Source of the DNA: Lama glama
Taxonomy: Eukaryota
Length of the DNA: 64,000 bases
Assembly (NCBI GenBank): GCA_028534125.1
Contig: CM052832.1
Coordinates: 22,260,001-22,324,000 of the forward strand
Direction of reading: 5' to 3'
The notes under the pieces were generated by a model. It was not told the origin of the DNA and did not search any database. It saw nothing but the letters and a program-made list of their open reading frames with translations. Shown in pieces: positions 49,690 to 61,978 of the stretch (its first letter is position 1; every line of letters begins with the position of its first letter). Position numbers and translations under genes: made by a program.

Positions 49690-50290
49690 ATTCAGTCAGT
49701 CAGTCAACAAATGACGTACCTCATGTTACTGAGGTTCTCCTACATTCGGGGCAGTTTCCCAGGTATTAGGGAAACAACAGTGAACAGATACAGATATGGT
49801 TTCTGTCTTTGTGGAAGTTAGAGCTGAGCAGGGGAGACATAAAGAGAAAAACTACAAAACAAATGTAAAGTAGAAACAGCAAAAAGTGCAAAGAAAATGA
49901 GAGATAGGTACTAGGAGAAACTGTATCTTTTCCCTACCCTATTCATACACAAGTCCTGCAGAGAAACATGCGCATACATGTATACACACACACACACAGT
50001 TTCTTTCATACCAGGGATGTCAGAGAAATCTTCCTGGAGAACAAATGCTTTTGAATTGAGTTCTCAAGGATGAGTGGGAGTTAACAGGGTGAAATGGGAG
50101 AAGGAAGGGCATTCCAGATAAAGCGAAGAGCATGTGCAAAGGCCCTGAGGTAGGAGGGAGCACTGTGTACAGGAGGAAATGAAAGAAGAACAGAGTGAAG
50201 AGAGCAAGGCAGGGCACACTGGGAAATGCAGGGCAAAGACCAACAAGGACCAGACCACCCAGGGCTTTGTGAGTCCAGAAAAGAGCCTGA
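49690..50290 (-). mobile_element. L2 3' region
   Basis: ttcagtcagtcagtcaacaaat tail, then acaacagtgaacag and gggcattccagataaagcgaagagcatgtgcaaaggccctgagg. Confidence 0.85.
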
Positions 50291-51254
50291 AGCACGACTC
50301 ATGAGTTTTTACAGAGTGGCAAGAAAAGAGGAACACAAAGTTTTTAGCTTCCTTTATCATCTCGTACTCTAGAGAATGCTTTACTGTTAAGTGTGAAATC
50401 CCTTGGAATTAACACTGTTTCCTTTTGAGAAATATGTTCACCGCACAGTTCTCTATAGAACCAAATAAAAAATAAAACACCTAAACCAAATTAGGCTGCC
50501 TAGAAACACTGATGGTAAGAGCCACATTGAAACCCAGTTGAGATGCTGAGTTCGTGTCAGGTTAACATCACTGTGAATCTACTGATAATTTACCATATTT
50601 AATTTTTTTTTTAAAAAAAGCTCACCCTACCCATTAATCCAGAAGTCTTTTCAATACTTGCATTACACAGCAAGGGAGGCAGCATGACTGTCCCCAGTAC
50701 ACCCAGCGCACCATCGTTAAAGGCATGGTCTCTTGAAGGTGGATGCTTCTGTGATTATGTAAATTTATTAAATCGTTTTGTACTATTTAGTCTTAATCAA
50801 CAGAGAGTAAAATATAACTACTCTGCTGGAGGTAGTCCTTGCAAATTGTTGACATTTAGAAGGAGGTAGTTCAACATCAAATTCTAGACTCATTTTCTGC
50901 CAAACACCTCCAATACCCCAGGTGGGAACCTTAAGATCTGTCTTGTCTCTCCTTGGGGTGGGGATGGTGAGTAGCTTGTGGTGCCAGTGCGTCCCCAGCC
51001 TGAACTGGAAAAGCTGTGTTAATTACCAGCCCTCTAATTATGTATGCTTTGCATTAGATCATTGCCTTTAGTAAGAAAGAATGATTTTTTTTCACTTTCC
51101 CTGCTTGGCAAAGCAGAACCCAGGTATTTCATTCCTATTTTCAAGAGACAAATGATGCCTCTGGGGTCATGAGGACACTGCCTTCTACTCAGGCCATCCT
51201 TATGTCATAGTTACCCAGGGGTAACTTAATAGAGGTTGGGGAGGAGAAAGGGAA

Positions 51255-51455
51255 AGTAGCCAATATTTGAGTGTCCTCTACACACCTGACTTTTTCTGTG
51301 CTTGGTCTCATGCCGTTCTCACATCCCAGGAAAGCTGACACTATCTTCCCATTTTACAGTTAGAAAGACTGAGGCTCAGAGAAGCTACATAACTTGCTCA
51401 AGGTCTTATAGCAAAGAAGAAGAGCAGGGAACTGAAACCATGTCTGCCCACTCCT
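51255..51455 (-). mobile_element. MIR SINE
   Basis: cccattttacagttagaaagactgaggctcagagaagc..taacttgctcaaggtc. Confidence 0.88.
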
Positions 51456-52547
51456 GGTCTGGGTTCTTTCCTGAACACCTTGCTAACTCCAGTCTCATTC
51501 AAGCAGTGGGAAGTCTGCTTCCACAGGAAATTTCTGTCTCTCAAGCCCCAGCATGAGTGTTTTAGCTTAGGCACAAGAATATGTTGAGACATCCTTATCT
51601 CAAAAGTCTCTCGCCACAAGCCTGCCTGCCCTACTGGCCAGACTGTGGCGGTAAAACCCTAGCTGGGTCACTGGCAACAAAATTAATTTCAATTTCCACT
51701 AATTTGAATGTGTGTGTACATATGTCACCCAGTCTTTTTCCCCCTTGGGTGACTTTCACAACTCTGTTATAGAAACAAACAAAAAAAGGAAGGACAAGCC
51801 CAAACAGCTTGAGACTCGCCGGGGCACTGATAAAATTAGGTTTACTTACTGGAAATCTTAATACCTCCTGCTTCAGCATAGATTTATTTCCCTTTTTAAA
51901 TCTCTTTTTTTCCCCCTATCTTTTTTGTGGTCAGTGGAAATGGAGACATCTCCTTGGGTACCTGAAGGCTATTATTATTATGCTATTTCCCCACCATTTC
52001 TTCCCTGGGTACAATAATCCACTTAATCTTTCCTCCAAAGTCCAGTTTTCACCGCTCTCATCAATGTCAGGAGAGCTCTGTGGATTCATGTAATCTGGCA
52101 GGCGACAGTCCTTAGCTATTTGGCTGCCATGTGTGAGCTGGCCCTCTCCCATCTGTACTTTTTTCTAGGCCCTTTTCCTTATTGCCTCCTAATTTTCTCC
52201 CAAATCATCTTAGAAGTTTAAAGTGGTCAGAAAAATCCCCAGCAGGGGTATGGCTCATTTCTGGGCTTGAACATGATACTGACGAAGTCTCAGAGGATCA
52301 TGAGGGTGAACACCCTGCAACCACACTGGTTCCAGGGCAGCGAGAACGCTGGTGGGGCCATCAGTGTCTCTCCTTCTGAGGGTATTCACAGAACATGCAA
52401 CAGCCCCCCGGAGTGGTGACCGTCACCCAGGGTGCAGATCTGATGTGAATCCCACCAAGGGAAGGACTGAATTACTGTGAGGACTATTAACGTGAGGATT
52501 CTGATCTCACTTGGGATTTGGCATTTTGAATAAAGATTGCCACAGGT

Positions 52548-52665
52548 GTCACTAGTTACTGACTAGCTATGTGATGAGCTGTATTTAAGTGTTTTGGACT
52601 TGTTTCTTTATCCATAAAATGGAGATAAAAATACCTAAAGACTTAAGAGTGTGAAATGAGATAAA
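52548..52665 (+). mobile_element. MIR fragment
   Basis: actgactagctatgtga..gtttctttatccataaaatggagataaaaatacct. Confidence 0.7.
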
Positions 52666-54559
52666 CACCGACTGACCTCCTACTGAAGTGAGTGTGTTCC
52701 CTAAGCACCCTGCAAGGGGTTGAATTTGCAAACTCAGCTTGGCCCCCGGCTTCATGAAGTGTTCAGTCTAGACAGGATAATACCTGGGCTAAGGCAGATG
52801 TTTCACGTGTGCTTCTAAAATCAGCTGTTACTGTTTTAAAGTTAAATAAATAATAATAAACTCTGTAAAATGAAAACAGATGAGGATTTCCTGTAGTATC
52901 TACATTGTCAAAAAGTTACAAATCTGCATATGGCGTATATATTTGGTGTGATTATCCTTTTAGGGCCGAATGAAAGGTTATAAAATGTTCTTATCTCTTG
53001 TTTTGAGCATTTTAATCAGTATGACTTCATTCTGGAGACTTGTGGGAAATACCTAGTTTGAGTAAAGTTAAACCACTAAACCCCCCCCCAAACTGCCTAC
53101 TTCTTACAGAAAAAAAAAAAAAATCTCTGTGATGATGACAAGTACCTGCGGCTGCCAAGAGCTTATCCAGTGCCTGCCTGGGTCTCTTTCAGAGTTTGAA
53201 CTCCTGACCAAGTTGTGTGTTTCTGCAAAACAAATGCCCAGTGCGTCTCCTATCCTGACGGGACGGAGAGGGCCAAGGCCTAAGGAAGGACGCTCCGGCT
53301 TGCAAGGGCTTGGGCACTGCCCATCCTGCTGCCTGCTGGGCCTTTTGGGGTATCCAGAGCTGTCTCTTCTGCTGGAGCCAGAAACCAGACAGGTATTTTA
53401 TTTCATCTGTGATTTATCTCACACTCCAGGAAGGCTTGGTTGGAGCTGCTATGCCTCCTGTTCCACTGATGACTCTCAGAGGATGGCTTAGGGAATATTT
53501 TATTCTCATTAACTTTATGTTCTGGGCAGAGTTTACATCCTGTAAGTTCAGCATCAAAGCCTGCTACCAAACAGCTTACGCTTTCTGCTTCCCAAATCTT
53601 ATTTTTGTTGCTATTGTCTAAAACCCCTCCACATTTTAATGCTATTAGCCTCAATTCATGTTAGATATTTCCACTTTCTGACTCTGCTTCAAATTCCAGC
53701 TCCCTCTCAATAATCTGAACCTGATCTAGAGAGAGATTTTAATTTTCGATCCCGAACATAGATTTTTATGCAAAATGGTCTTTTTTTGTGTGTGTGGTAG
53801 AGACCTGGGTACATTCTTGTGCATTTCTTATAAAGATACAAGGTGTCTCAGCTAATAGTCTGTGAAAGTACATACCATGTGTATATTTTACATCCTGTAT
53901 GGCATGTAGATTTGTACCACATTATGGCAAAGGAAAAACAGTAGATTTTTTTTTTCATTTTAAAACTTTCCTAAAGTAAATAAGTGAATGAATAATGAAT
54001 AAGTATGCCATTTGTCTCTGTTCAAAAATTAATGAATAGTTTTAGTGACTATTTCTAAATGTATACATCTGATAAATGAACTTTATAAATATTGCATCAA
54101 TACATTATAAGCTGGATTTCCATAAATATAAGGACACAGCAGTTATTAAAAATTTTCCCCAACTTTGAGAAAACAAAAACAGAAAAGGAGTGTGACTTAT
54201 TCATTCTACTTCCACTTGACATTTACAGGACTGCTCTTATCAGATAAACAAGAAGCCCAGCAGGTGGGTCCCTCGTCATAGCATGCGGTGCTCTTGTGTG
54301 ACTCTTAGGCCGTAGATACAGAGCAGGGCAGGTGAATCCATGTCACCAGGCAGGGGTTCTGGGCCTTACAGACCATTGCTGCTCACTCCTTCCACCAAAA
54401 AGAAGCAAAAGATCAATCCAGTTGTCCTTTTCTCTAGGCAACTCCTGTGATCCCACCCACCAAACTTTCCGCTCCTTCTTGGGGTCCCTATTACTATGAG
54501 GGTGGCACCTGCAACACTTCATTCTGCCAACTTCTTACCTTTTCTCTCACTTTACTCAC

Positions 54560-54668
54560 AGGCTCCCTGAAGGCAGGGGCTCTCTCTGAGTCACCCTCCT
54601 GTCACCAGCACTAGCACAGCACCTGGCACACAAATCACAGTTTGTTGAATAAATGTATTCAGTTGCAT
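54560..54668 (+). mobile_element. L2 3' end
   Basis: ctccctgaaggcaggg..ccagcactagcacagcacctggcacac..tttgttgaataaatg. Confidence 0.85.
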
Positions 54669-54671
54669 GAA

Positions 54672-54806
54672 GTGTTAGTCTTCTCCAGAGGAAAAGGTCA
54701 ACAGGAGAGAGGGAGATAAAGACAAAGAGATTTCTTTTACGAAATTGCCTCATGTGACTGCGGAGGCTTGGAAAGTCCAAAATCTGATGGGATAGCAGAA
54801 GACTGG
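54672..54806 (-). mobile_element. MLT2-type LTR fragment
   Basis: ttctccagaggaaa..gaaattgcctcatgtgactgcggaggcttggaaagtccaaaatctg; homologous to 12780-12925. Confidence 0.75.
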
Positions 54807-54950
54807 TAAAGAAGCTATAGTGGATTTATACAGCGGAATACTACTCAGCAATAAAAAAGAATAAAGTAATGCCATTTGCAGCAACACGGATGGACCTGGA
54901 GATCATCATTCTAAGTGAAGAAAGCCAGAAAGAGAAAGAAAAATACCAAC
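54807..54950 (+). mobile_element. Young L1 fragment (ORF2 terminus), truncated at both ends
   Basis: ggaatactactcagcaataaaaaagaataaagtaatgccatttgcagcaacacggatggacctggagatcatcattctaagtgaa; closely matches the reverse complement of 26250-26350. Confidence 0.9.
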
Positions 54951-54964
54951 ATTTAAGGACATAG

Positions 54965-55215
54965 GAACAAGGAATTTTCAGCAACACTGTTCACAGTGGC
55001 AGTATTTGTAGTACAAGCAACCTCAAAGACCATTAGTGGAGAAATGATTGGATGAGTTGAGGTACACCTGACCATGGAATACAATGCATCTATCAAAAAG
55101 AATGAGTTAGAACTATATCCATTCACCAGGGATTGCTAAAAAAAAAAAAAAAAGAGAAATCAAGATAGAAGGAAATGTACCTAGTATGAATCCATTTTTG
55201 TAAAAAAAAATACAA
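54965..55215 (+). mobile_element. Old L1ME-like 3' fragment
   Basis: ccatggaatacaatgcatctatcaaaaagaatgagttagaactatat..ccatttttgtaaaaaa. Confidence 0.7.
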
Positions 55216-56671
55216 AAAGGAAAATTCTTATGTATCCTTATAAACATTTGTCTATGTTCATATGACTATGGCTAAAGATGTGTCTTTAACCCTGAAAACT
55301 GGGAGGAAGTGATGCCAGAGAGAAAAGAGGAGGTGAGAGGGAATACAAAGCAATAAAAAGAGGGAATTCGTCCAAAATTCAAACAAGCAAATAAACAGCA
55401 AGTAGATTCTAGGTAATCCTCAACTATACATACTGGAGGAATTAGACGGCAAAAACACTTCCCCTACAGGCTGTAGGCAGAAGACCCCCTTCAGAAAGAT
55501 GCCTGCTGGTGGTACCTGGTGATTAGACTCTTTTCTCTACGTGAGATTTCTGGATGTTGCTATTTGGAACTCCTACCAAGACTTGACATCCCCATTCTCT
55601 TTATCCTGTTGCTGTCAGTACTCAGCACAGTGCTGGGCACAGATGGATCTCGGTAAACGGGACACTACTGTGGCAGAGAACAAGAACGCAAAGCAAGAGA
55701 GCTGAATGCAGATGAGGAGGGATCCCCACGTGGCCCGGTCCTCCCCTTGCTGCTCACAAAACAGGGCCTGCTGGGCTTTCTGCCTGGAGGCACCAGAAAG
55801 GGACAGAAGAAAGGCCATTCCTGGACACCCTCTCAATAGGTGTATTGAGTCTTTGGACAAAAAGTGAATTTGGAGCTGGCAAGTGCTGTGTCCAGTGGCC
55901 TGAACAGAATGAGAAGGGGTGACCAGGCAGCATTTTTTTGGTCTGTGCTTTTGCCACAGGATGCAACAGCTTTGGATTTGTTTCCAGGATGGGGAATCCT
56001 CGAGTCCTGGTATGCCTTTTATGTGCACTGTGGGATTCAGCCCCAGGCAGGAGATGGAGGGCTGACAAAAATGACTATTGGGTGAAGCAAAAACCATCTT
56101 TGTGAAGACTGCAGGACTGTATGGAGAGTCTCTGCCTATGGCAACAAAGTTGGAGCCAAAACCTCCTTTTTCTATAGCATCGTCCCTACACACACCCCTT
56201 CCTCTCGTCTTCCCCCTCCTGTGCACCCTCCTTTGTGTAGCGGTCTTAGCTCATTTGCTTGGATTCTTTTCATTGCAGATTTCAATTCAGCCATCAAACT
56301 GAATATTGCTTACACAGCAGGGAAGAATGCTTCAATTTCTTAACAGTCCAACTGGGAAAATAAGACCTGTGTACAGAAGTACTGTCCCCACCAAGGATCA
56401 TATATGATTCTTGGGACCCAATACAAGCTAGGAACCTGAGGGTGCAAGGTGGGAGGAATTCTGAGAACCATCCAAGATGAAAGTTTGCTTTTGCTCATAT
56501 TTGTGAAACAGCCAGAGAAGGACACCACCACACCACAGGTGTTGTAGGGACATCTGGGCCACGTAGACCCTAAAGTGCTGAGGGAAAGCGGAGTGAAGGA
56601 GAGGTGTGCTGGTCTCTGGTAACCTGGAGGGCAGCAAGGACATTCTGCTCGGGGGAATTTCCGCTCTCTGG

Positions 56672-56790
56672 AAGTGTGATCTTAGGCAACTTGTTTCTTC
56701 TCATTGGGCTTGTTCTCTTATCTGTAAAATGAGGTGGTTGGATCTGATGGTTTCCAAGGTCCTCCTCAACTCTCAATTCTATGATTCTGT
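56672..56790 (+). mobile_element. MIR (MIR3/MIRc-like tail)
   Basis: tgtgatcttaggcaa..atctgtaaaatgagg..aaggtcctcctcaactctcaattctatgattct. Confidence 0.85.
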
Positions 56791-58289
56791 ACGATATTGG
56801 GAAATGATTAGAGCAAGAGCAGAGGCAGAGAATGAGCAAACAAGAAAAGTTAGTTATTGACTTTCTTGCCCCATGACCCATCCCTTCCTCCAAAAACAAC
56901 CTCCAAAGAAAAAGCAGATTTGTGCCTATTTGGATAACTTGTAGCAGCAGATGGTGGCGCAAAAGAAACTTAAACTGAAAATAATCTCGCCATTAAACAC
57001 AAAATTCGTGATATCCAGGAGCTCATGTGCTTGCTGCATCTTCAAGGAGACCCAGCATGCTTGGAGAATTGCCTGATAAATATGCCACCTTGCTCTGCAC
57101 AGGTTCAAACACATCTCTAGTCATGTCAGCATTTGATGCTTCCTGGGGCCCTTCTCTTTCTCATTAGCATTTTCAGAAGGTTACACGACTCAAATCTATT
57201 AGTCAGATACCCCCTGCCCTCATCAAGATGTGGGGAACTGGAGAGAGAGGAGACAGGGCAATGAACTTGGAGAGACTCCCACTCCAGCCCCACATTCTTC
57301 CGGGCACTGGAAAAGTCTGGTGTCTTTTGTGGTGAAAGAATGGGTTATGACCCCTTCAGACACTGTCTCCGGAGGGGCAAAGTCCACAGGCCGCAGAGTA
57401 GGGGGCACTCATTCTGAAGGACCCTTGCTGCTGACTCCATCTCTGTCCTTGACGAGACTTTTTCGCTTCTCTAGACACTTGCAGGCACCCTGGTGAGTTG
57501 ACCCCAGGGACTCACATTTCATTTTGAGACCAGCCCTCTGGCTGTCACATTCTCTTCAACTTAACCCACTCCTTTCATGAGAATGACCTAGAGGTGACCT
57601 TCTGGAGGAGACAGTGTGTCTCTGGTGTTTGGCAGAACAGATAACTCTAGTCTAGTCTCAAGAACAGCGAGGGGTGCCTCCGTCTAACCACTCAGGAGAT
57701 GTTGAACTAAAAGCACTGATTTAAGAGAAGCATAGCTCAGAGCAGAACAAGGCTCCCACGCTGTGTGACGGGAAAGTGATCAGGGAAAAAAAGGTTTTAT
57801 TTAAGTCAGGGGCCAGTTTGATTTGATAGGAACTGGTAGCTTCTTTGGACTAATCAATAAATGGATTTGAAAAGAGAAAGACAGAATGTTTTGGAAATCT
57901 GCTTAAAGTAACCCTGGGAAGAGAGTAGCCTGGGCTGGAGTCCTTAATAGAGATACCTAGAGGGAATTAAGTAATTACCATTTCCTGATCTGGATAAGGG
58001 TAGAAAAGGTCCTGATTCTCTCTGTAGGCAAATGCAGGTTTATCAGCATGAAGTCATTGATGCTGCCTGCAAGCAAGTTGTAAGATGATTCAGAACAGGT
58101 TTCAGGATGAGGTATCTGGTGCCGTCCAGCAGGATGGGTTCAGGAGGGAAGAGGTGGCAAGAGGAGATCATTAGAAGGCTCTTGCTGTTTAATATCGGGA
58201 GCAGGAGCGCCTGGACCTGCCAGGGTAGCACTAGGACTGGAGAAGAATTTGTTACAGATCAAAAAGTATAGAACTACTGGCCTTTCAGA

Positions 58290-59010
58290 AAACCTCAATG
58301 AAAAAGAAAAAAAAATGGGCAACATGTGGGGAAAAAACACTTGCCACAAATATGATGGACCTAACTGAACATTCTACATAGCTAAAAAGTTTATCTGGGC
58401 AAAAAGAAGACACTGAGATCCAACAGCCATAAGGGCAGAGGAAGTGGATGAAAATTCTCATCAGGGAAAACAAATGGGTTAATAAACTTGCAAACTTGTT
58501 CAGCCTCACTAGTGGTTAATAAACTAAAAACTTAGACTGAGTTTTTTTTTTTAGCAGTCACGTTATTTAGTTAAAAATGGTACTATTTGTACACGTGCGT
58601 GCCTTAATTGGCATAAACTTTCTAGAAAGGAATTTGCTGATATATATCAAAAGATTTAAAAATGTTTCCGCCCTTTGATTCACATTCTGCTCTTCAGTGG
58701 CTATCCTAAAGAAATAATAACTGAGTTGTCAACGTAGATTTATTTGTTTATCAAGATGGTATTTAGAATAGTAAAAGCAAAGAAGAGGAGGGAACAGCCA
58801 AATGTCCAATGCTGGGGAAGAGTTGAACAAATTATGACATACTCTATTGTGTGATGAAACATTAAGAAATTATTAAAGTTCTATTTTCTTAACAGTGAAA
58901 ATATTTTTGTATAATGCTAATGCTTACTTTTAGGTAATGTTTTATACAGTTATTTCACAATATGATCTCAATGACTTATATATACATATACTATGAATAT
59001 GCATAAAGAA
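58290..59010 (+). mobile_element. Old L1ME-like 3' region
   Basis: aattggcataaactttctagaaaggaatttg..ccctttgattca..aacagccaaatgtccaa..aaattatgacatact. Confidence 0.7.
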
Positions 59011-59364
59011 GGTATGATCAAAACAGGTGAATTCTACAGTTTCATCATCTATTATAGAAAACAAAGCACTGGCAGCATTACCAACAATGATAAATGGCAT
59101 AGAATGACAAGTCTTGCTGTTTTAAGGACGGCAGTGTGTCATTTAAATTTTTAACTCTGGCATCTCTTATCTCCAAAACTAAACTGGCAGCGAGGAAGAC
59201 GCTGTTCTAAATACTATTACAGTCAATAATTTTGGGCAAATCATTTCATATCTTTAAGTATCAGTTTCCTCATCTTTAAATGGACTCTATGATTAAAAAA
59301 ATTCCCACTTTTGGAGCTATATTGCCTTAAACTTAACAATGACAAGTTATAAAATGCCAAATAA

Positions 59365-59760
59365 CATTGTTTTTAATTTTTGACAACTGGGTGAATAGGA
59401 AATATCTCATGCGGTTTCAATTTGCATTTCTTTCCTCACTAGAAAGGTTGATGAAATTTCCATGTTTATTGCCAAATTGTAATTCTGTGATTTTAATCTT
59501 TTTTTATGAATTGAAGGAGTTCTTTATATATTCCGAATAGGAAGCTTTGTTATAATTGTTGGAAATACGCTATCGGTTTCTTTACTTGTCTTCAAGTTTA
59601 TCACATAGAAGTTTTCATTGTATAGAAAGAAGTTTAAACTTTTTCTGCATTAAACCTGTTTGTCTTTTTCTTTAAACCTACCATAGAAATTCTGACCCTT
59701 CCATTATAAAAATGTTTTCCTACATTTTTTCCTAATAATTAGTTACATTTGTATGGATTT
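59365..59760 (-). mobile_element. Old L1 fragment
   Basis: atatctcatgcggtttcaatttgcatttcttt..ggagttctttatatattc. Confidence 0.65.
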
Positions 59761-59784
59761 AGAAATCTGTGGATCTAGAATCTC

Positions 59785-60450
59785 ACCACTCAAAGTATGT
59801 TTCATAAATCAGCAGCATCAACCTTACCTTAGAGTTTATCATGAAGGCAGAGTCTGAGGACCCATCCCAGCCCTCCTCATGACTGCAGCTAGACTGCTGT
59901 TAGCATAACTAATGCCATCTCGGGCAAGCAGAGTCCCTCCTGTCCTTCCACTGACCCGTCCCAGGACTGTACTGTGTGGTAAATCACTTCTCTGTTGTGA
60001 AGGGCTTTGTAGTTAATAGATATTGTTTAATAATCATTAGGACCAGGTGGCCTCTATGCTCTGCTAGTCCCCAAACAATGATGAAGACCTCTGCTGACGT
60101 ATTCCTGGCACCCACGAGACTAGTTACTCATTGATAAATCCTGACTTAGGAATGCACGTACTGTTTCCAAGCACCTACCCCTATACCCTAGGCTAACTAT
60201 AAAACTGTCCCAGTGGCCCCTTGTTGGGGCAGAGTGCCGCTGTGAATGCTTCCAAATCCTCGCCCACTCAATCCCACCCTGTGAGTCAGTTACCCTATAA
60301 TAAACTGATCCACTGATTATACTGAATGGCCTCCCCCAGTTTTTGGCCTCAGGATACCTTCTCAGTTTGGTGGGCACTTTGTGTTCCCTGTGTCCTCCAA
60401 CAGCAATTTACAACACCCTCCTGTGCACATTAAGGTTTAAGAGGTACTGG
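59785..60450. mobile_element. MER5A-type transposon split in two (about 59785-59897 and 60403-60450) by an LTR
   Basis: Left half: ctcaaagtatg..cagcagcatca..gcagagtctgaggacccatcccag. Right half: gtgcacattaaggtttaagaggtactg. Confidence 0.75.
59898..60402 (+). mobile_element. Solo LTR, probably ERVL class (MER74/LTR53-group-like)
   Basis: TGTT..AACA termini, 505 bp, TATAAAA at 60198-60204 and AATAAA at 60299-60304. It interrupts a MER5A-type element. The family name is tentative. Confidence 0.75.
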
Positions 60451-60787
60451 TCTCAAAAATAGTTTTGTTTATGAGATAAGGATATTATATTACGTTTTGC
60501 TTTTTCTGTATCCAATTGACGCAACAGCATTTAGCTCTGCATTTCTTTGGATTGACTGCCACTTTTGTTCATGCCCCACCCGCTACCTGTCGGAGCCAGT
60601 GTGCAGAGGAGAAAGTGAGCCAGACAGAGGTGACATCATCCTTGTTCTGTTAGTACCCAGTAGGCCAAATAGGAAACTAAATACTGGGTCTGGCTTGTGC
60701 ATTAATTCTGAAGGAACAATCAGAAGGGAGAGGAAGGGTAACTTGTTTGGGATGCATGTAATTTGGGTTTTGGAAAACTTTTAAATT

Positions 60788-61012
60788 CAGTCGACTCTTG
60801 AGCATGACCACCCGTCCCCCACACTTGAAAATCTGGGTATAACTTTACAGTCAGCCCTCTGGATCTGTGGTTCCTCCCTATCCAAGGTTCTGCCTGCATG
60901 GATTAAACCAAATACAAATCGTGTAGTCATATAGTATGTATTCAGTGAAAAAAAAATCCATGTAGAATTGGACCTGCTGCAGTTCAAACTCATGTTGTTC
61001 AAGGGTCAACTG
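60788..61012. mobile_element. Tigger2-derived MITE (TcMar-Tigger; Tigger2a/MER8-like)
   Basis: Terminal inverted repeats cagtcgactcttgagca / tgttcaagggtcaactg, followed by TA at 61013-61014. Confidence 0.9.
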
Positions 61013-61760
61013 TACACTCTCATAGGTGAGACCAATGCTTTTCAGACAGAAGTGACAACTGACACATTTTCTAAGTCATGTACCGTGTAACCTTTTGGAT
61101 ACAATTAAAATTAGAGTTGTACATGTATAGAGTTTTGTGGGTACCCTCTTGTTCTCATACTGTCTTTTTGATACTGATAAAGGCTAAAAATCATAATGAC
61201 TCCACTAAGAAAACTTTAAAATGTGGAGACCAATTATATTGACTCCAAACCTACAAATATCTTAAAGGCAACATGACAAAGAATATACTGCCAGCTATTC
61301 CACCCTGCTCCAAACTGCTGGATGAGAAACTAGGTCTCACAAGTTTAGACACTATATAAAAATACCTAGAAATAAAAACTCAACTATTAAATGAAATACA
61401 AAATAATTTTTATGATTAATACAAAATAATTTAGAAATATTTTTTATTCCTACATAATACAAATATTTTGCTTTCCCAGAGAGCAGAGCAAAAGAGAGCA
61501 TGGATTGTTTTCATTGTTTTTCTTACCAGCAACATGGTTTTTATTTGTTGAAACTACAAGTTTATGTGCAAAAATACCTTGTACATATGGAGTAAATTCA
61601 GTTTGCAGGTGGACCAAATTACTCAAAATATAAAGTGCAAATTATCTCAAGATTTTTGCTCATGCTTTGGATTTTTTCTTTTTCTTTTTTGGGCCACACT
61701 GGCGTGTGCGGACAGGACTTGTCTGACCTCAGTGACCTGTGACCAGAGGAGGGACGGTGG

Positions 61761-61978
61761 TGTATTCCTTTTTTAGGGCTGCTGTAAGAAAGCACCTTAG
61801 GTTGAGTGGTTTAAAGAATACGAATCACTGGATTAGGGTCTGCTCCAATGACCTCATTTTAGTTTAATTACTTCTTTAGAGACTCTTATCTTCCAATACA
61901 GTTACATTCTGGGGTACTGGCAAGGGGTTAGGACTTCAGCATATGAATTTTGGGAGGACGTAGTTCAGCCCATAATAG
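61761..61978 (-). mobile_element. MaLR LTR, MLT1B/C-like, internally deleted
   Basis: tagggctgctgtaagaaagcacc..gtggtttaaa is joined directly to tggattaggg..atgacctcattt..ttcagcccataa. Both ends are present but the element is only about 220 bp, versus about 440 bp for 41782-42220. Confidence 0.85.

Noticed and set aside
55615..56226. Longest ORF in the window (203 aa, minus strand)
   Set aside because: Non-ATG start, no recognisable domain, composition typical of random GC-moderate sequence, and no supporting splice structure.
61394..61432. Direct repeat aatacaaaataattt occurring twice
   Set aside because: A short local duplication in very AT-rich sequence with only two units. It is not an array or CRISPR-like structure.
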